Assembly (NCBI RefSeq): GCF_001194135.2
Contig: NC_068982.1
Coordinates: forward strand, 31,875,388-31,939,387
DNA length: 64,000 bases
DNA from: Octopus bimaculoides
Taxonomy: Eukaryota
Direction of reading: 5' to 3'
Part shown: positions 11,931 through 25,582 of the stretch, one piece after another
How positions within the stretch are numbered: the first letter of the stretch is position 1
How the letters are laid out: every line of letters starts with the position of its first letter
Notes under the pieces: generated by a model
What the model saw: the letters and a program-made list of their open reading frames with translations, nothing else
Told to the model about the DNA's origin: nothing
Databases searched by the model: none
Translations under genes and position numbers: made by a program

Positions 11931-12026
11931 TATTGATAGTGACTTCGAAGTGTCGGCCCTGCTATGCTGTCATTGGACAATCGAACGACGGCTTAGCTGG
12001 CGGAAACTTCGAAGTCACTGTCAATA
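11931..12026. other. 96-bp imperfect palindrome (MITE-like or RNA hairpin)
   Basis: Outer 20 bp TATTGATAGTGACTTCGAAG pair with CTTCGAAGTCACTGTCAATA (1 mismatch); pairing continues imperfectly to an ~8-nt loop. Confidence 0.75.
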
Positions 12027-12110
12027 CTATTATTGAAGAATAATAAATATGTACTCTACAAAAGTATGGAAAATTCCTTTTGTTTAATACAAAATTGCTT
12101 CTATTATCAC

Positions 12111-12300
12111 TTAAGATAGAACGCTGGACAAAATGCTTGGTGGTATTTCGTCCGTCCTCGCGGTCTGAGTCCAAATTCTACCAATGTTGATTTTTCGCCT
12201 TTCATTCTTTCGGAGTCGATAACATAAATAACAGTCAATTACTGGGATCGTTGTCATCGATGTTATCGATTTCCCCTCCCTACAAGGCTACCTTGTTGCC
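12111..12300 (+). mobile_element. SINE family 1, diverged
   Basis: AAAATGCTTGGTGGTATTTCGTCCGTC and TTTCATTCTTTCGGAGTCGATAA body. Confidence 0.8.
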
Positions 12301-12954
12301 ATGGAAAAGTAGGATTTAATAAGGGATAAAAAATTGGTAATCAACGTGAGTTTTCTATAATTCTAGGTCAGATAACAGAGTCAGATAATTCCATGTCAGA
12401 TTACCGAGAATTGTTTTCTGTTTTGCATTCTCAAAAACAAATGAATGACTGGCGGAGAACCTGCATTATTGTTCTATGAAGTAATGTTAGGTCTCTTACT
12501 GATTGCAGTAAATTATGCCAAGTCCCCAATTTGCTCCTCAGTAGTTTTGTTGCTCACGAAAATAGGGTCGTCGAGTTAGGTATGGACCGTAACTAATTAT
12601 GAAACACACATTAGTCACACACAGACACACACAAACATCCGATAGCCCCCACCCCACCTCCACACACACCACACACTTACGTAAAAAAGCCTCACACATT
12701 CAAACATTCACACACACGTGCTACACACATGAATACCTGGAGCAAGCACGTACATATCACTCCACACACACGTACATATTTGTTCACTCACACACTTAGA
12801 CACACAAGCGTATACACATCCGCGCTCCCATACGTATACATATACGTGCTTACATAATCTTCATACTCACACAAGGGTTTGCCCACAAACACATACACAC
12901 ACACACAGCACATTATCCTCACATACACACGCATGCTTGCGCGCGCACACTTTA

Positions 12955-13208
12955 GTCAGACCACTGTAATCTCCCTTGCCGTCAATGTCTCCAACCTCTC
13001 TCTTCCTTCCTGTCAATCGAATAAATCAAGACGCGTTTTTCTTTTCTCTCCAGTTTTACCGCTTCTCCATCTGTTTCCTCTCCTCATTCCTTTCTGTAGA
13101 AGTGCGTTGGCTCGAAACGTCGAGAGTTCTTCCATTTAACATAGGCGTCAAACTAATGCACCTTGTTTGTTGTTCCCGCCTCTCTCTCCCTCTTTTCTTC
13201 TTTTTTTA
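12955..13208 (+). mobile_element. Possible Penelope-like terminal repeat relic
   Basis: Pyrimidine-rich segment with CTGTAGA...CTCGAAACGTC (mutated hammerhead-like core), ending at (TA)n. Confidence 0.35.
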
Positions 13209-13951
13209 TATATATACATATATATACTACATATAATTAATTAAGGGAGAATACAAATGCGGCTCATAAACCATAGCAGCTGTTTAGAGAGCATTATGTC
13301 GATGCATTCTTAGATTACTTCAAGTAAAACCCAGCCATCATCACATAAATAGGTAAGTTAGAAAGAGACGATAACGAGTTAGCAACTGCCATAGTGAAAA
13401 CATACACATGCGTACAGTATATACAATATATACAGATACTTATAGAATACCACCAACAAATGACAACTAAGATATATTTTAACTTACTGTGAGATCGACA
13501 CTAAGTACCCAGTCATTCCTGGCGTCCTACATTGATTTACATAGATTCTAATGAATCCTGTAACTGATTATCTATTTAGCTAGCTAGCCAACAGGCTATA
13601 TATATTATATGTGAGCATGTGTGTGCGTGTATGTGTGTATGTATGTATATGTGTGGGTGGCTATGTAAGGATTGTATATGTGTATGTGTGTGTGCATGAA
13701 TGAATATATATATGTATATATATATATATATATATNNNNNNNNNNNNNNNNNNNNNNNNNNNNNNNNNNNNNNNNNNNNNNNNNNNNNNNNNNNNNNNNN
13801 NNNNNNNNNNNNNNNNNNNNNNNNNNNNNNNNNNNNNNNNNNNNNNNNNNNNNNNNNNNNNNNNNNNNNNNNNNNNNNNNNNNNNNNNNNNNNNNNNNNN
13901 NNNNNNNNNNNNNNNNNNNNNNNNNNNNNNNNNNNNNNNNNNNNNNNNNNN

Positions 13952-13998
<47 letters not shown>

Positions 13999-15609
13999 GT
14001 GTGGAAAATGAGAGAATGAAGGTAACCGATAAAGGAATGGCCCAGAAAGAAATGGAGTGGAATAAGTAAATAGATTGGAAAAGGGTAAATATGCAAACAA
14101 ATAGACAATTGTGTGTCTAGATTTTCGAAATTCAATCCCCTTGAGGACTGATGTATCTTGCAGTTCGACCTTGGTTTAACAATGTTGTAAAGTAATATAT
14201 AGTCACTGACAACACTGATCAAGAAGACCGAAAGACCGACAACAGAGCAGATTCGATATGTTCGTTTGTGTATTTCCCAGACCGGTCATAGAGGTGAAGT
14301 GAGAACTGGATAATAAGAAAAACAATAAGATGTTTATCACATCCAAACATTACTCCATATACGAAAAACAAAACACACGGTTGAGTGGTTTACAATTAAT
14401 TTATCAATAGCAAAACTCAGTAAGCAGAATTGACAATTCACTGATGCCAAAACATTTTGATGTCTCACAAATTAATATAGTTCTCTGCAATATGTTGGCA
14501 TCTTTTTGACACACTATCTTACATTTCTCATTGTTTGGCCCTTGTCTCTATCAGTACACGCACGCACACACACGCATGCACTCTCATACACACACGCACA
14601 TACATGCACTCTCATACACACACACAAACCTCCCCATTCTTAAACATACACAGATGAGTATACGTATATGAATGGGTACGTTTATAAATATATATATACA
14701 CACATTCATACACACGAGCATATATGTATATATATATATATATNNNNNNNNNNNNNNNNNNNNNNNNNNNNNNNNNNNNNNNNNNNNNNNNNNNNNNNNN
14801 NNNNNNNNNNNNNNNNNNNNNNNNNNNNNNNNNNNNNNNNNNNNNNNNNNNNNNNNNNNNNNNNNNNNNNNNNNNNNNNNNNNNNNNNNNNNNNNNNNNN
14901 NNNNNNNNNNNNNNNNNNNNNNNNNNNNNNNNNNNNNNNNNNNNNNNNNNNNNNNNNNNNNNNNNNNNNNNNNNNNNNNNNNNNNNNNNNNNNNNNNNNN
15001 NNNNNNNNNNNNNNNNNNNNNNNNNNNNNNNNNNNNNNNNNNNNNNNNNNNNNNNNNNNNNNNNNNNNNNNNNNNNNNNNNNNNNNNNNNNNNNNNNNNN
15101 NNNNNNNNNNNNNNNNNNNNNNNNNNNNNNNNNNNNNNNNNNNNNNNNNNNNNNNNNNNNNNNNNNNNNNNNNNNNNNNNNNNNNNNNNNNNNNNNNNNN
15201 NNNNNNNNNNNNNNNNNNNNNNNNNNNNNNNNNNNNNNNNNNNNNNNNNNNNNNNNNNNNNNNNNNNNNNNNNNNNNNNNNNNNNNNNNNNNNNNNNNNN
15301 NNNNNNNNNNNNNNNNNNNNNNNNNNNNNNNNNNNNNNNNNNNNNNNNNNNNNNNNNNNNNNNNNNNNNNNNNNNNNNNNNNNNNNNNNNNNNNNNNNNN
15401 NNNNNNNNNNNNNNNNNNNNNNNNNNNNNNNNNNNNNNNNNNNNNNNNNNNNNNNNNNNNNNNNNNNNNNNNNNNNNNNNNNNNNNNNNNNNNNNNNNNN
15501 NNNNNNNNNNNNNNNNNNNNNNNNNNNNNNNNNNNNNNNNNNNNNNNNNNNNNNNNNNNNNNNNNNNNNNNNNNNNNNNNNNNNNNNNNNNNNNNNNNNN
15601 NNNNNNNNN

Positions 15610-15692
<83 letters not shown>

Positions 15693-16575
15693 CAATTCAT
15701 AGTAGAAATATTACATAAACGCCGCTGGCGAAGCGTGTTAGATATGGGACTACTGAGTCTAAAGAGTCAGTTCAAATCTGCTGTAAACATTCCGTTCTAT
15801 TTCAGTGCAGAATAGTTCAATAGTTCAGTACAGACTAGTTCAGCAACAGTTAAACCAGCTAACGAAAAAAAAACTACCGTCTGTCTAAACTGAAAATAAT
15901 AATTTTGATAGACTGGTGTTGTATCATTTCACTTTGATAGCCTGTAACCGTAGCTAAGTTATTGTTCTTTTTCTCAAGCTGCATCTTACAGTTTGCTTAT
16001 ATTTTGTCCCTCGCATAACTTTTTACCGGCATGCATTAGCTCCAACTCGGGTAATAAGACAATTTTTCAATGTGTGAATTATACATTCAGAGACTGTTAA
16101 CAGTAACTAAATATTCCTCGTTATATACATAGTAACTTGCTTGATTAAAAGTAGGCGCCAGTATTGTTAAACTTAAGGGAAAACACTCTTATGCACCTGT
16201 ATTCTATTCGTACGTGCACCAATACTTACTGGATTAAGAGTATTACCATTTTTTGTTTTGAAATCAAAGTCCCTAGTTTGAACTAATGTGAATAATACAA
16301 TGTACGTGAAAATATCAACAATGCTTCATCGTCAAGATTAAGGTTAATAGCCCATAAAATTATTAAGAACTACTCAGTCTCAGACATTTAGACATTTAAT
16401 CGATGTTATTTGGCGGAATAGTATCGTTACGTTGTAACCAGCCACAACCAATTGATAACAACACATATAACAGCGTCATATGACAGTGGTTTAAGTGCTG
16501 TGAAAAATATAGAGCTTTAGCTCGAAGCGTTTGTATCTAATCTAGGATTTGCAATTCACAGTAAATTAATACTGA

Positions 16576-16787
16576 TTTCAAATTTCGACATAAGACCAGA
16601 AATTTCGGGTAAGAGGGTATGTTGATTACATCGCCTCCAGTGCTCAACTGGCACTTATTTTATCGACCCCAAAACGAAGAAAAGTAAAATCGACCTCAGT
16701 GTCATTTGAACTCAAAACGTAAACAGACGAAATGCCGACAAGCATTTCGTCTGGCGTGCTAACGATTTTGCAAATTTGCCGCCTCAC
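16576..16787 (-). mobile_element. SINE family 1, full length
   Basis: Head, B box, body and AAATTTGAAA tail all present on the minus strand. Confidence 0.88.
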
Positions 16788-18290
16788 AGGAAATTGATAT
16801 TAACGCATAATTATATACTACCTGTTAATACTGTTTAGCAATGAGTCAACCCTGTTTGAAAAGACCTATGATTAGAAACATTCAAACCATGAATATACTT
16901 TCTTAGACGTTGTTTATCAACGCACAACTGTATTACCCAATGTGTTTTGCCTTTTCTGAAGCTGGTAGCATTTGAGGAGGATTTTACTGATATTTCTAAC
17001 AGTTTCAGCGAGCATTTACAGGCGTCCATTTAATTTTATTATCAAATCTACATATTGCCGCGGTCTCTCCTTATGGGGTACACACTAAAGCCCCGCAAGA
17101 AGAGCTTACAACTCTATTCATACGCTCGTTTCTTTTCTGTTAAGTAACCATTAACACTTAACTTATCACAGTGTCGCAGACGCAGAAAAATAGGAATGTC
17201 ATCAATGATTAGAATTTTCACGATGACGATTTGATAAGAGATAAGTTTTTCATAAGGGTACCAATAAATTATTTACTAGTTATCACAACAACACAGTACG
17301 CTCTGCTCTTTTACTGTAGAAGCCTACATTGACAAGTCAAATGTATGCTGCCTTATCTTTCACAGCAGCGAGGTCATACGCTTCTGTACAAGGTAGCAAC
17401 CAAATTTCCCTCAAGTCTCACTGTCTTAGCCTCTCTCTCACGCTATCTCTCTCTCATTCTCTCTTTTTCACTCTCTGTTTCTCCCTCTCCCTCACTCTCA
17501 TACACAGACACACACTACAGTCTTAAAATAAGCACACATAACATAATGTAATCTGAGCAGACAATGAAAAAGTTGTGATAGACATGGGTGGAATGATTCA
17601 ACCACAACTGACTTGGTGCCCAACGAAAATACAACAAACAAACCATACACTTCCTGATTGATGTAACTCTTGTCCTGAACGACTTTGAGTAAGTTCTTTT
17701 CCACTGATGGCTTCGCTAAAGATGAAGTTAGCAAGTAATTCATTACTAAAATTCTATTTGACAGGCAAAATATCTTTAATAGTGTAGGGATTTGTTGCAT
17801 AGATTGTTAATTGGAAAGTCTTGGTTTTAGTTTTAAAATACATATTAAAACCATTCAAAATACGGCTACTAATACTTTCTCTTCAGAGAGTGATTTATCT
17901 GGATCGATGCTTATTTCTGGATCTTCATGGCATTCATCAAATTAATTTGTATTGTCATCTCCGCTGCAGGATAGTGGAAGAACTAATGGGCTGCGAGGGG
18001 AGAGCTGCTTTCTTGGCTCCTTCGTTATAGTCTGTTCCTAGGGAGAGAAAGAGAGAAACTAAGTAATAGAGAGCAGGACGGGAGGGAAATATACATTGAG
18101 CAAAATGGAGATGTTATGGTGAGGTTCTTGACAGAGAGAAAAGCAATAAAGAGAGAGACAGACAGAAACAGACCGAGAAAGAGAGACAGACAGACAGAGA
18201 CAGAGACAGGCACACACAGAGTGCTTTTGTGTGCGTGAGCATGTGTACGTATATGGGTGTGTGTAGACAGGAATAAGTGTTAGGGAGGGA

Positions 18291-18330
<40 letters not shown>

Positions 18331-18339
18331 AATGAGAAA

Positions 18340-18478
18340 TCAGCTCCCCACTTGACTAGTACTTTATTTATGGGCTACAAAAAAATGAATGACAACTATG
18401 GTGTCAACCGTATTTAAACTCAGATTGCAGAAACGACTTTAATTCCATGCTCTAAACATTCTGCCAATTCGTTACTTT
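18340..18478 (-). mobile_element. SINE family 1, strongly diverged partial
   Basis: Residual TTTAAACTCAGA and AACATTCTGCCA blocks. Confidence 0.5.
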
Positions 18479-18734
18479 ATCAGATTAGTAATTCGACATA
18501 CATCATAGATAAAACGTAAATTCAATTTTCAAGAATTCGGTACCTTTACTTGGATGCTATGTAAAATAAGGTATATACAATTAAATGCACAGCCAAAACA
18601 TGTAAATTCCCATCTGAAGTAATATTAAATTCAGAATATATGAAATGGTAATTCCATTGAAGCAGTGGCGGATTGTCTCTACTGAGTTCATCCGCTTTTT
18701 GGCAGAGTATGCTATTCATCCTGAGTGGTGCCTA

Positions 18735-18835
18735 ACAAAAGCCACCCTCTTTGTGAAGCAGGTATGGTTGAGTTGCCAGTTTACTCCCCAACGGCCCGAC
18801 CATGCAACAGGTTGTACTGGGTTACTTGTTACCAA
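18735..18835 (-). repeat. Unclassified interspersed repeat (homologous to 35750-35845)
   Basis: The reverse complement aligns with CCAGTACAACCTGTT...TAAAC...GAGGGT at 35750-35845. Confidence 0.6.
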
Positions 18836-18862
18836 TAGCACTGAGAATGATCTGACATAAAT

Positions 18863-18893
<31 letters not shown>

Positions 18894-19447
18894 CACATAT
18901 ATACACATATATATACACATATATATAAGCACACACGCATACACACATACGCACACGTACACATATATGATAACAAGAAACGTGTGTCTCTCACAAGTAG
19001 CATAATTTAATCTATTAAAATTACTTATCCACTGTCAATGCTCAGCATTTGATTAGAAGTTACTTCGTGATATTACCCAGCTCTATTTAAAATAGCTAAA
19101 CAGAATAAATCTCGAATATAATCATATACAGAAAATATGCGTATATTCATTTCTCAGTAATCTTCCGGGACATGTAGATGCTTTCAGTGACTATTCGCCT
19201 CTCATCCAGAGTAGAAACAGACAGATTTCCCCAAACCTATGCTATAAATAGCAGTTGGTTACTAATGAAATATTGACGAAATGTACAGGAAGAATGTTCA
19301 ACAGATGTATTGAAAATACCGCCATAGTGCTGAACTAACAAAGATGTCAAGCTAGAAAGTTAAAAATACTTAATACTAATCAGAAAGAAAGTGAAGCTAT
19401 GACTAAAGTCTATGCGAAAGAACACACACACGTATGTGTAGAAGGAT

Positions 19448-19449
<2 letters not shown>

Positions 19450-19529
<80 letters not shown>

Positions 19530-19591
19530 GTATATAGAAAAATAGAGAGACAGACCGAAAGGCAAACAGAAAGATAGACAGATAGACAGGG

Positions 19592-19658
<67 letters not shown>

Positions 19659-19689
19659 TAGACAGACAGATAGATATATAGATAGATAA

Positions 19690-19745
<56 letters not shown>
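19450..19745. repeat. (GT)n and (GATA)/(GACA)n microsatellites
   Basis: Direct reading. Confidence 0.96.
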
Positions 19746-20219
19746 TGAGTGAGTCAGAGAAATATTCACAGAGACAGTGGAGAAAGACAGTCAAGTGAAT
19801 GATTGTCTTTGTGAATGATTATGTATGAATATGATTGTGTGTGTGTAAAAACAGAAATATTTAGAGTAAAGTTACTCTTATTAGATTAACATATTTATAG
19901 CATAAACACAGTGTATAATACTTATTATAGGCGACAGCCATATTTAGAAACCAGTTTAAAACTAGAGACCTATTTCAACGCTATATCTCCAAGGTAGACA
20001 TATTAAAACAATAAATCTAGTTGGACGACAGCCTTATTTCGACAATAAACCATTTTTCGAGGCATGCATGACCATGTTAATTAACTTCAGAGATCAATAT
20101 TTCTCAGAAAATTCCAATTATACCATAAACAGAGAATGGTTGATTTATTCTTCTTTGAAAATGGAAATTCATAGAAGATGTCCAGTTGAAACAAAATAAG
20201 CAACAATATGATTTTTATC

Positions 20220-20258
<39 letters not shown>

Positions 20259-21124
20259 TAGATAGATATATACACATGCATCTATGCATGTATGTACGTA
20301 TGTATAAATTAATGCGTGTGAATGTGTGTATGTGTATGTATATATGTCTATATTTATACTATACATANNNNNNNNNNNNNNNNNNNNNNNNNNNNNNNNN
20401 NNNNNNNNNNNNNNNNNNNNNNNNNNNNNNNNNNNNNNNNNNNNNNNNNNNNNNNNNNNNNNNNNNNNNNNNNNNNNNNNNNNNNNNNNNNNNNNNNNNN
20501 NNNNNNNNNNNNNNNNNNNNNNNNNNNNNNNNNNNNNNNNNNNNNNNNNNNNNNNNNNNNNNNNNNNNNNNNNNNNNNNNNNNNNNNNNNNNNNNNNNNN
20601 NNNNNNNNNNNNNNNNNNNNNNNNNNNNNNNNNNNNNNNNNNNNNNNNNNNNNNNNNNNNNNNNNNNNNNNNNNNNNNNNNNNNNNNNNNNNNNNNNNNN
20701 NNNNNNNNNNNNNNNNNNNNNNNNNNNNNNNNNNNNNNNNNNNNNNNNNNNNNNNNNNNNNNNNNNNNNNNNNNNNNNNNNNNNNNNNNNNNNNNNNNNN
20801 NNNNNNNNNNNNNNNNNNNNNNNNNNNNNNNNNNNNNNNNNNNNNNNNNNNNNNNNNNNNNNNNNNNNNNNNNNNNNNNNNNNNNNNNNNNNNNNNNNNN
20901 NNNNNNNNNNNNNNNNNNNNNNNNNNNNNNNNNNNNNNNNNNNNNNNNNNNNNNNNNNNNNNNNNNNNNNNNNNNNNNNNNNNNNNNNNNNNNNNNNNNN
21001 NNTATATTTATGCATGTGTCATGTGTTGAAGTATGAGAACAGTCAGGAAAGCAGAGATAATATATTTATACACACACATACATAATACTATATATGCAAA
21101 TTAGTACATGAGCATGTGTGTGTG

Positions 21125-21168
<44 letters not shown>

Positions 21169-22009
21169 TACATATTTGTATCAGTGTAAGCCAGAGAGAA
21201 ATATGATATATATAGGTTTTGTGACTCTCTGAAGTGGGGTGGTTCACTAATTCCATTAGTATAGCGCATATTAATTAGATCTCGTTTATTCATTCCTTTA
21301 TTCTTCTATTCCATTTCTATGTCTAACGAAACGATGGCTAATTTAACACATGATCTATTAGATTCAGTTCTCACAAAGGACCCAACATCGCTTCTTACAG
21401 TGCTCAGATCAAATCACGTTGTCAATGCTCGATGACGTCATTGTTACGTCACATGACTGAAATACAACTGTGCAAGATTGTATATATTTTTTGTTTCTTT
21501 TCTTATTACTTTTATTTCTATTAAATCCTCTGCGTTTGGTTTCTTATTCTTTCCCATTTTACATCTTTTGCTAAGAATATGTACATAAGTATATCAAGTT
21601 CAAATCTCAATCGAATCATTTCAGACTCTTATTTTTGATAATTATAATAATGTAACTTTGCGACTACTGTTGTCCCGTATTATTTATCTCGACGAAATTA
21701 AATCTCAATATAACTTCGATTCTGAGTCGGGATTGATATACTTTTGGAAATTGTGGTTCTTCCAAAGACGTGGGTCGTACACATGTCTATTTCTTTGCAC
21801 ATATCAAACATATGTAACACTACTTCGTTTAGCTTAAATGCTGGGCTTTAAAATCATCCCCTGGGGAGCTTCTACCGGACAAAGTTTTGCTATTATTTTG
21901 TGGTTTTCCAAGTTCATGGAGACTTGCGTTTCCATGATAATATCACCTGACCATACATCACGAAATATTAAAAACTGGCTCTCTTTCATTTACTACGACG
22001 AGAATTCCA

Positions 22010-22279
22010 GCTGACCCGATCAACGGAACAGCCTGATCGTGAAATAAACATGCAAGTGGCTGAACCTTCCACAGACACGCATATCTGAACATAGTTCTTT
22101 GAGAGATTCCGCGTGACACAGAATGTAAGAAGGATGGCCTTTTGATATGCTGGTACTACTCATTTTTGCTAGCTGAGCGGAATGGAACAATGTGAAATAA
22201 AGTGCCTTGCTCGAAGACACAACGCGCCGCCGAAAATCGAATTCACGAGCTTGTGATCTTGAGCCAAATACCCTTAACC
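22010..22279 (-). mobile_element. tRNA-derived SINE, family 3
   Basis: Minus-strand head GTGCGTGGCTTAGTGGTTAAG (A box) and GTGAATTCGATT (B box), followed by a GAGCAAGGCACTTTATTTCACATTG core. Confidence 0.82.
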
Positions 22280-22635
22280 ACTAAGCCACGCACCTTCACT
22301 GACCGAATATTATATATGATTATCACTGACCCATATTGTTTCACTAAGGTAACTTTTAGCTAGGGGTCCATATTATCACCTATTACCAGAGACAGGGAAC
22401 ACTTTGTTTCCCCTCAAATGTTCGGGGACCAGCTTCCAGGCTGATGCCTCACTATTTGGGATTCGACGTTTGCCCCTTATATTTAAAAAAAATACATATC
22501 GTGCCATATGCCCTTCCGCTCGTAAAGAAGAATATTTCACGTAAAATATATCGTAGGTTTTCTCCAATTCGAGTTTAGATAGCATCAGAAAACTCGTTCT
22601 TTCTGTCACAAGACAGGGATTACGTTGTTTTTCTG

Positions 22636-22991
22636 GGATACAGCACTTTCATCTAAAACACTTTGGTCTAAAACACTTTGGTCTAAACCACTTTAGTCAA
22701 AGACATTTTTCTCTAAAAGCATTTTCCTCTAAAGACACTTTCCTTTAAGCATTTTCGTCTAAAGTCAAAAAAGATTATTAGAGTATATTTACTTAGATCT
22801 TTTACATTTTTTAAAAGATTTCATAAACAAAATAGTTATTAAACCAAAGTGAGTTTAGACAAAAATTTCTTTATACTAAAGGGCATTTTTGACAAAAGTG
22901 TATTTAGACTATACAAGAGTCACTTTAGACCAAAGTTCTTTAGACCATAGCGCATTAGACCGAAGTGTTTTAGATGAAAAGTCCTAGATCC
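22636..22991. mobile_element. Foldback/Mutator-like MITE with long TIRs built of ~15-bp tandem repeats
   Basis: Ends GGATACAGCACTTTCATCTAAAACACTTTGG and CCGAAGTGTTTTAGATGAAAAGTCCTAGATCC. The flanks gtttttctg / gcttttctt form a 7/9 match to a 9-bp TSD. Confidence 0.72.
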
Positions 22992-23529
22992 GCTTTTCTT
23001 TATATACATAATTACTTATGGTAGGATGTCTTCAGTGCCCAAAATGTTACCAGATTTTGATATTTCCGGAGAATGTTTCATATTGAGAATTTTCTTGTTG
23101 GATAAAACATTAGCGAAAGCCATTTTATCATTGCCCTTGTTCATACCCAAAGCGATTCGTACATGCATACAGTGTTGCTGTTGTTGATGTCGAAATTTCT
23201 ACTCGCTTGATTTTAAATGATTGTTTTTTCCTCTCTTTTGTTACTACATTATATTAATAGTTTGCGTTGCTATTAAATTAACATTATATTTTTGTTCGTT
23301 TTCTGTGAATGGGACGCATTATTTTATACATTTTCAGTTTTCTATTGGGGACATGACGTGAAATTTTCGTGGTTACTTTTGTTTGTGGGGGACAAGCTTT
23401 GTTTTCTTTTGTCAATCGGTTTAAGGAGATACTCCAAACCGTATGAACTTATCTGTAACAATTCTATTTCCACATATAAAATCCTGTTTCGAAGGGAGAA
23501 ATGTAGAAACATGTCTACTTTGTCAGTAA

Positions 23530-23565
23530 TGAACAATAATAATAATAATAATGATAATAATAATA

Positions 23566-23633
<68 letters not shown>
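23530..23633. repeat. (AAT)n/(GAT) microsatellite at the 5' junction of a Dong-like copy
   Basis: Direct reading. Confidence 0.97.
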
Positions 23634-25150
23634 CAAAAGAGGAATTTTCCAGAGGAACTTACTGTCCCTTTTAATATTTGTCTTATGTCTGATCCTTAAT
23701 ACAGACTATAAGACTCTTCAGCAAAGATATAGGCATGGAATTTGGCATAGATAAGTGTGCAATATTAGTCATGAGAAGGGGACAGGTAGTCAACAGCGAA
23801 GGCAACCAATTACCAGATGGCTAAGAGTATTAAAATCTGACAGAGTACTAACTATAGAAATAAAAACAAAAATTGAGAAGGAGTACATCAGAAGGGCGAG
23901 GAAGCTAATGAAGACAAAGCTAAATGGTTCGAATCTAGTGAAGGCTGTAAATACTTGAGAAGTATCATAACTTAGATACTCAGCAGCTTTTGCAGATTGG
24001 ACGAAAACTGAATTCGCAAAGCCAGACTGAGGAACTAGGAAGAAATTCAATATGAATGGAAGACTCCACCTAAGGACGGGAATAGCAAGATTATACTTGG
24101 CTAGAAAGGAGAGTGGAGTTATCTAGAGTAGATATAGATTGCTATGTAGGTAATAGTGAAGTAAGTTTATTAAAAGCTGCTATAGTCACATCAAGACAGG
24201 GAAACTAAAAACCCAAGAGGAAATTAAAACCAGAAAAAGAGCAGAAATTATTTGACTGGCTGGAGAAGGTGTTGCATGGTAGATTCCCAAAGATAGTTAC
24301 AGCAAATAGTAGTAGTGAGACATGGCTATATTTGCAGAAAGGAAAATTGAAAAGGGAAACAGAAAGTTTGTTAGTAGCTGCACAATATCAAGCACTAAGA
24401 ACTAATTTGATAAAATATAAGATAGACAAAAACCAAGTAGATTCCCAATGTAGGTTATGCAAACCAAAAGAGGAAAGTGTTGCTCATATAGTAAGTGAAT
24501 GTAGTATGCTGGCACAGAAAGAATACAAGAAAAGACATGACAACATAGGAAGAGCAATCCACTGGGAGCTTTGTAGAAAGCTAGGATTTTAAAGATACTG
24601 GTAAATGGTATGAACATGAAGCTAATAAAGTACTAGAAAGTAAGAAATACAAGATGTTGCAGGACTATAACTTTCAAACTGATAGCGTAGTGGAAGCTAG
24701 AAGACCTGATTTAGTAATCTTTTCTACTCTAGGCACAAGGCTCAAAAGTTTGGGGGAAGAGGGCTAGACGATTGGATCAACCCTAGTACACAACTGGTAC
24801 TTAATTTATCGACCCAGAAAGGATAAAAAGCATGATTAATAGATTTGACAGTGCCAGATAATTGACTTTACAGTCCCAAAAGATGAAAAAATCAATGAGA
24901 TGTATAGAAAAAAATGCAAAGTACCAGCACTTAGACATTGTATTATAGAGACTATGGAGTGTGTAGGCAAAATGTATCCCAGTGCGTTGGGAACTATCCC
25001 TAAAGATCTAAGCTGATGGATAGAGGAAATAAGCATAAAAACCAGTTTAGTACAGCTTCAGAGAACAGCTAGGATACTTACGAGGGTTCTTGACATCTAA
25101 GGTTACTTGTACCCCGATGTTAGGATTTTTTTCTTTTCCAAAAGTCTAAT
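23634..25150 (+). mobile_element. R4/Dong-like element, family F, 5'-truncated, multiply deleted
   Basis: KRGIF, FSKDIGMEFGIDKC, EKEYIRRARKLMKTKLNG, LHGRF, ETESLLVAAQYQAL, CRLCKPKEESVAHIVSEC, RRPDLV; ends RVLDI. Confidence 0.92.
24721..24832 (-). mobile_element. SINE family 1 3' fragment inserted in the RLE domain of the family F copy
   Basis: GGTACTTAATTTATCGACCCAGAAAGGAT body; interrupts the ORF between PDLVI and LIDLTVP. Confidence 0.8.
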
Positions 25151-25496
25151 CTGTTGTGTGTATANNNNNNNNNNNNNNNNNNNNNNNNNNNNNNNNNNNN
25201 NNNNNNNNNNNNNNNNNNNNNNNNNNNNNNNNNNNNNNNNNNNNNNNNNNNNNNNNNNNNNNNNNNNNNNNNNNNNNNNNNNNNNNNNNNNNNNNNNNNN
25301 NNNNNNNNNNNNNNNNNNNNNNNNNNNNNNNNNNNNNNNNNNNNNNNNNNNNNNNNNNNNNNNNNNNNNNNNNNNNNNNNNNNNNNNNNNNNNNNNNNNN
25401 NNNNNNNNNNNNNNNNNNNNNNNNNNNNNNNNNNNNNNNNNNNNNNNNNNNNNNNNNNNNNNNNNNNNNNNNNNNNNNNNNNNNNNNNNNNNNNNN

Positions 25497-25582
25497 CAGG
25501 AGGAGGAGGAGCAGGAGGAGGAGGAGCAGGAGGAGGAGGAGCAGGAGGGGGAGGAGCAGGAGGAGGAGGATGATGATGATAA
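25497..25582. repeat. (GAG)n with 12-bp CAGGAGGAGGAG periodicity, then (GAT)n
   Basis: Direct reading. Confidence 0.9.

Noticed and set aside
22652-22770. Regular short repeats resembling a CRISPR array
   Set aside because: The units are contiguous with no unique spacers, are mirrored as an inverted arm, and there are no cas genes; the context is eukaryotic
25497-25582. Poly-Glu/Gly coding repeat
   Set aside because: Simple (GAG)n tract next to a gap with no exon context
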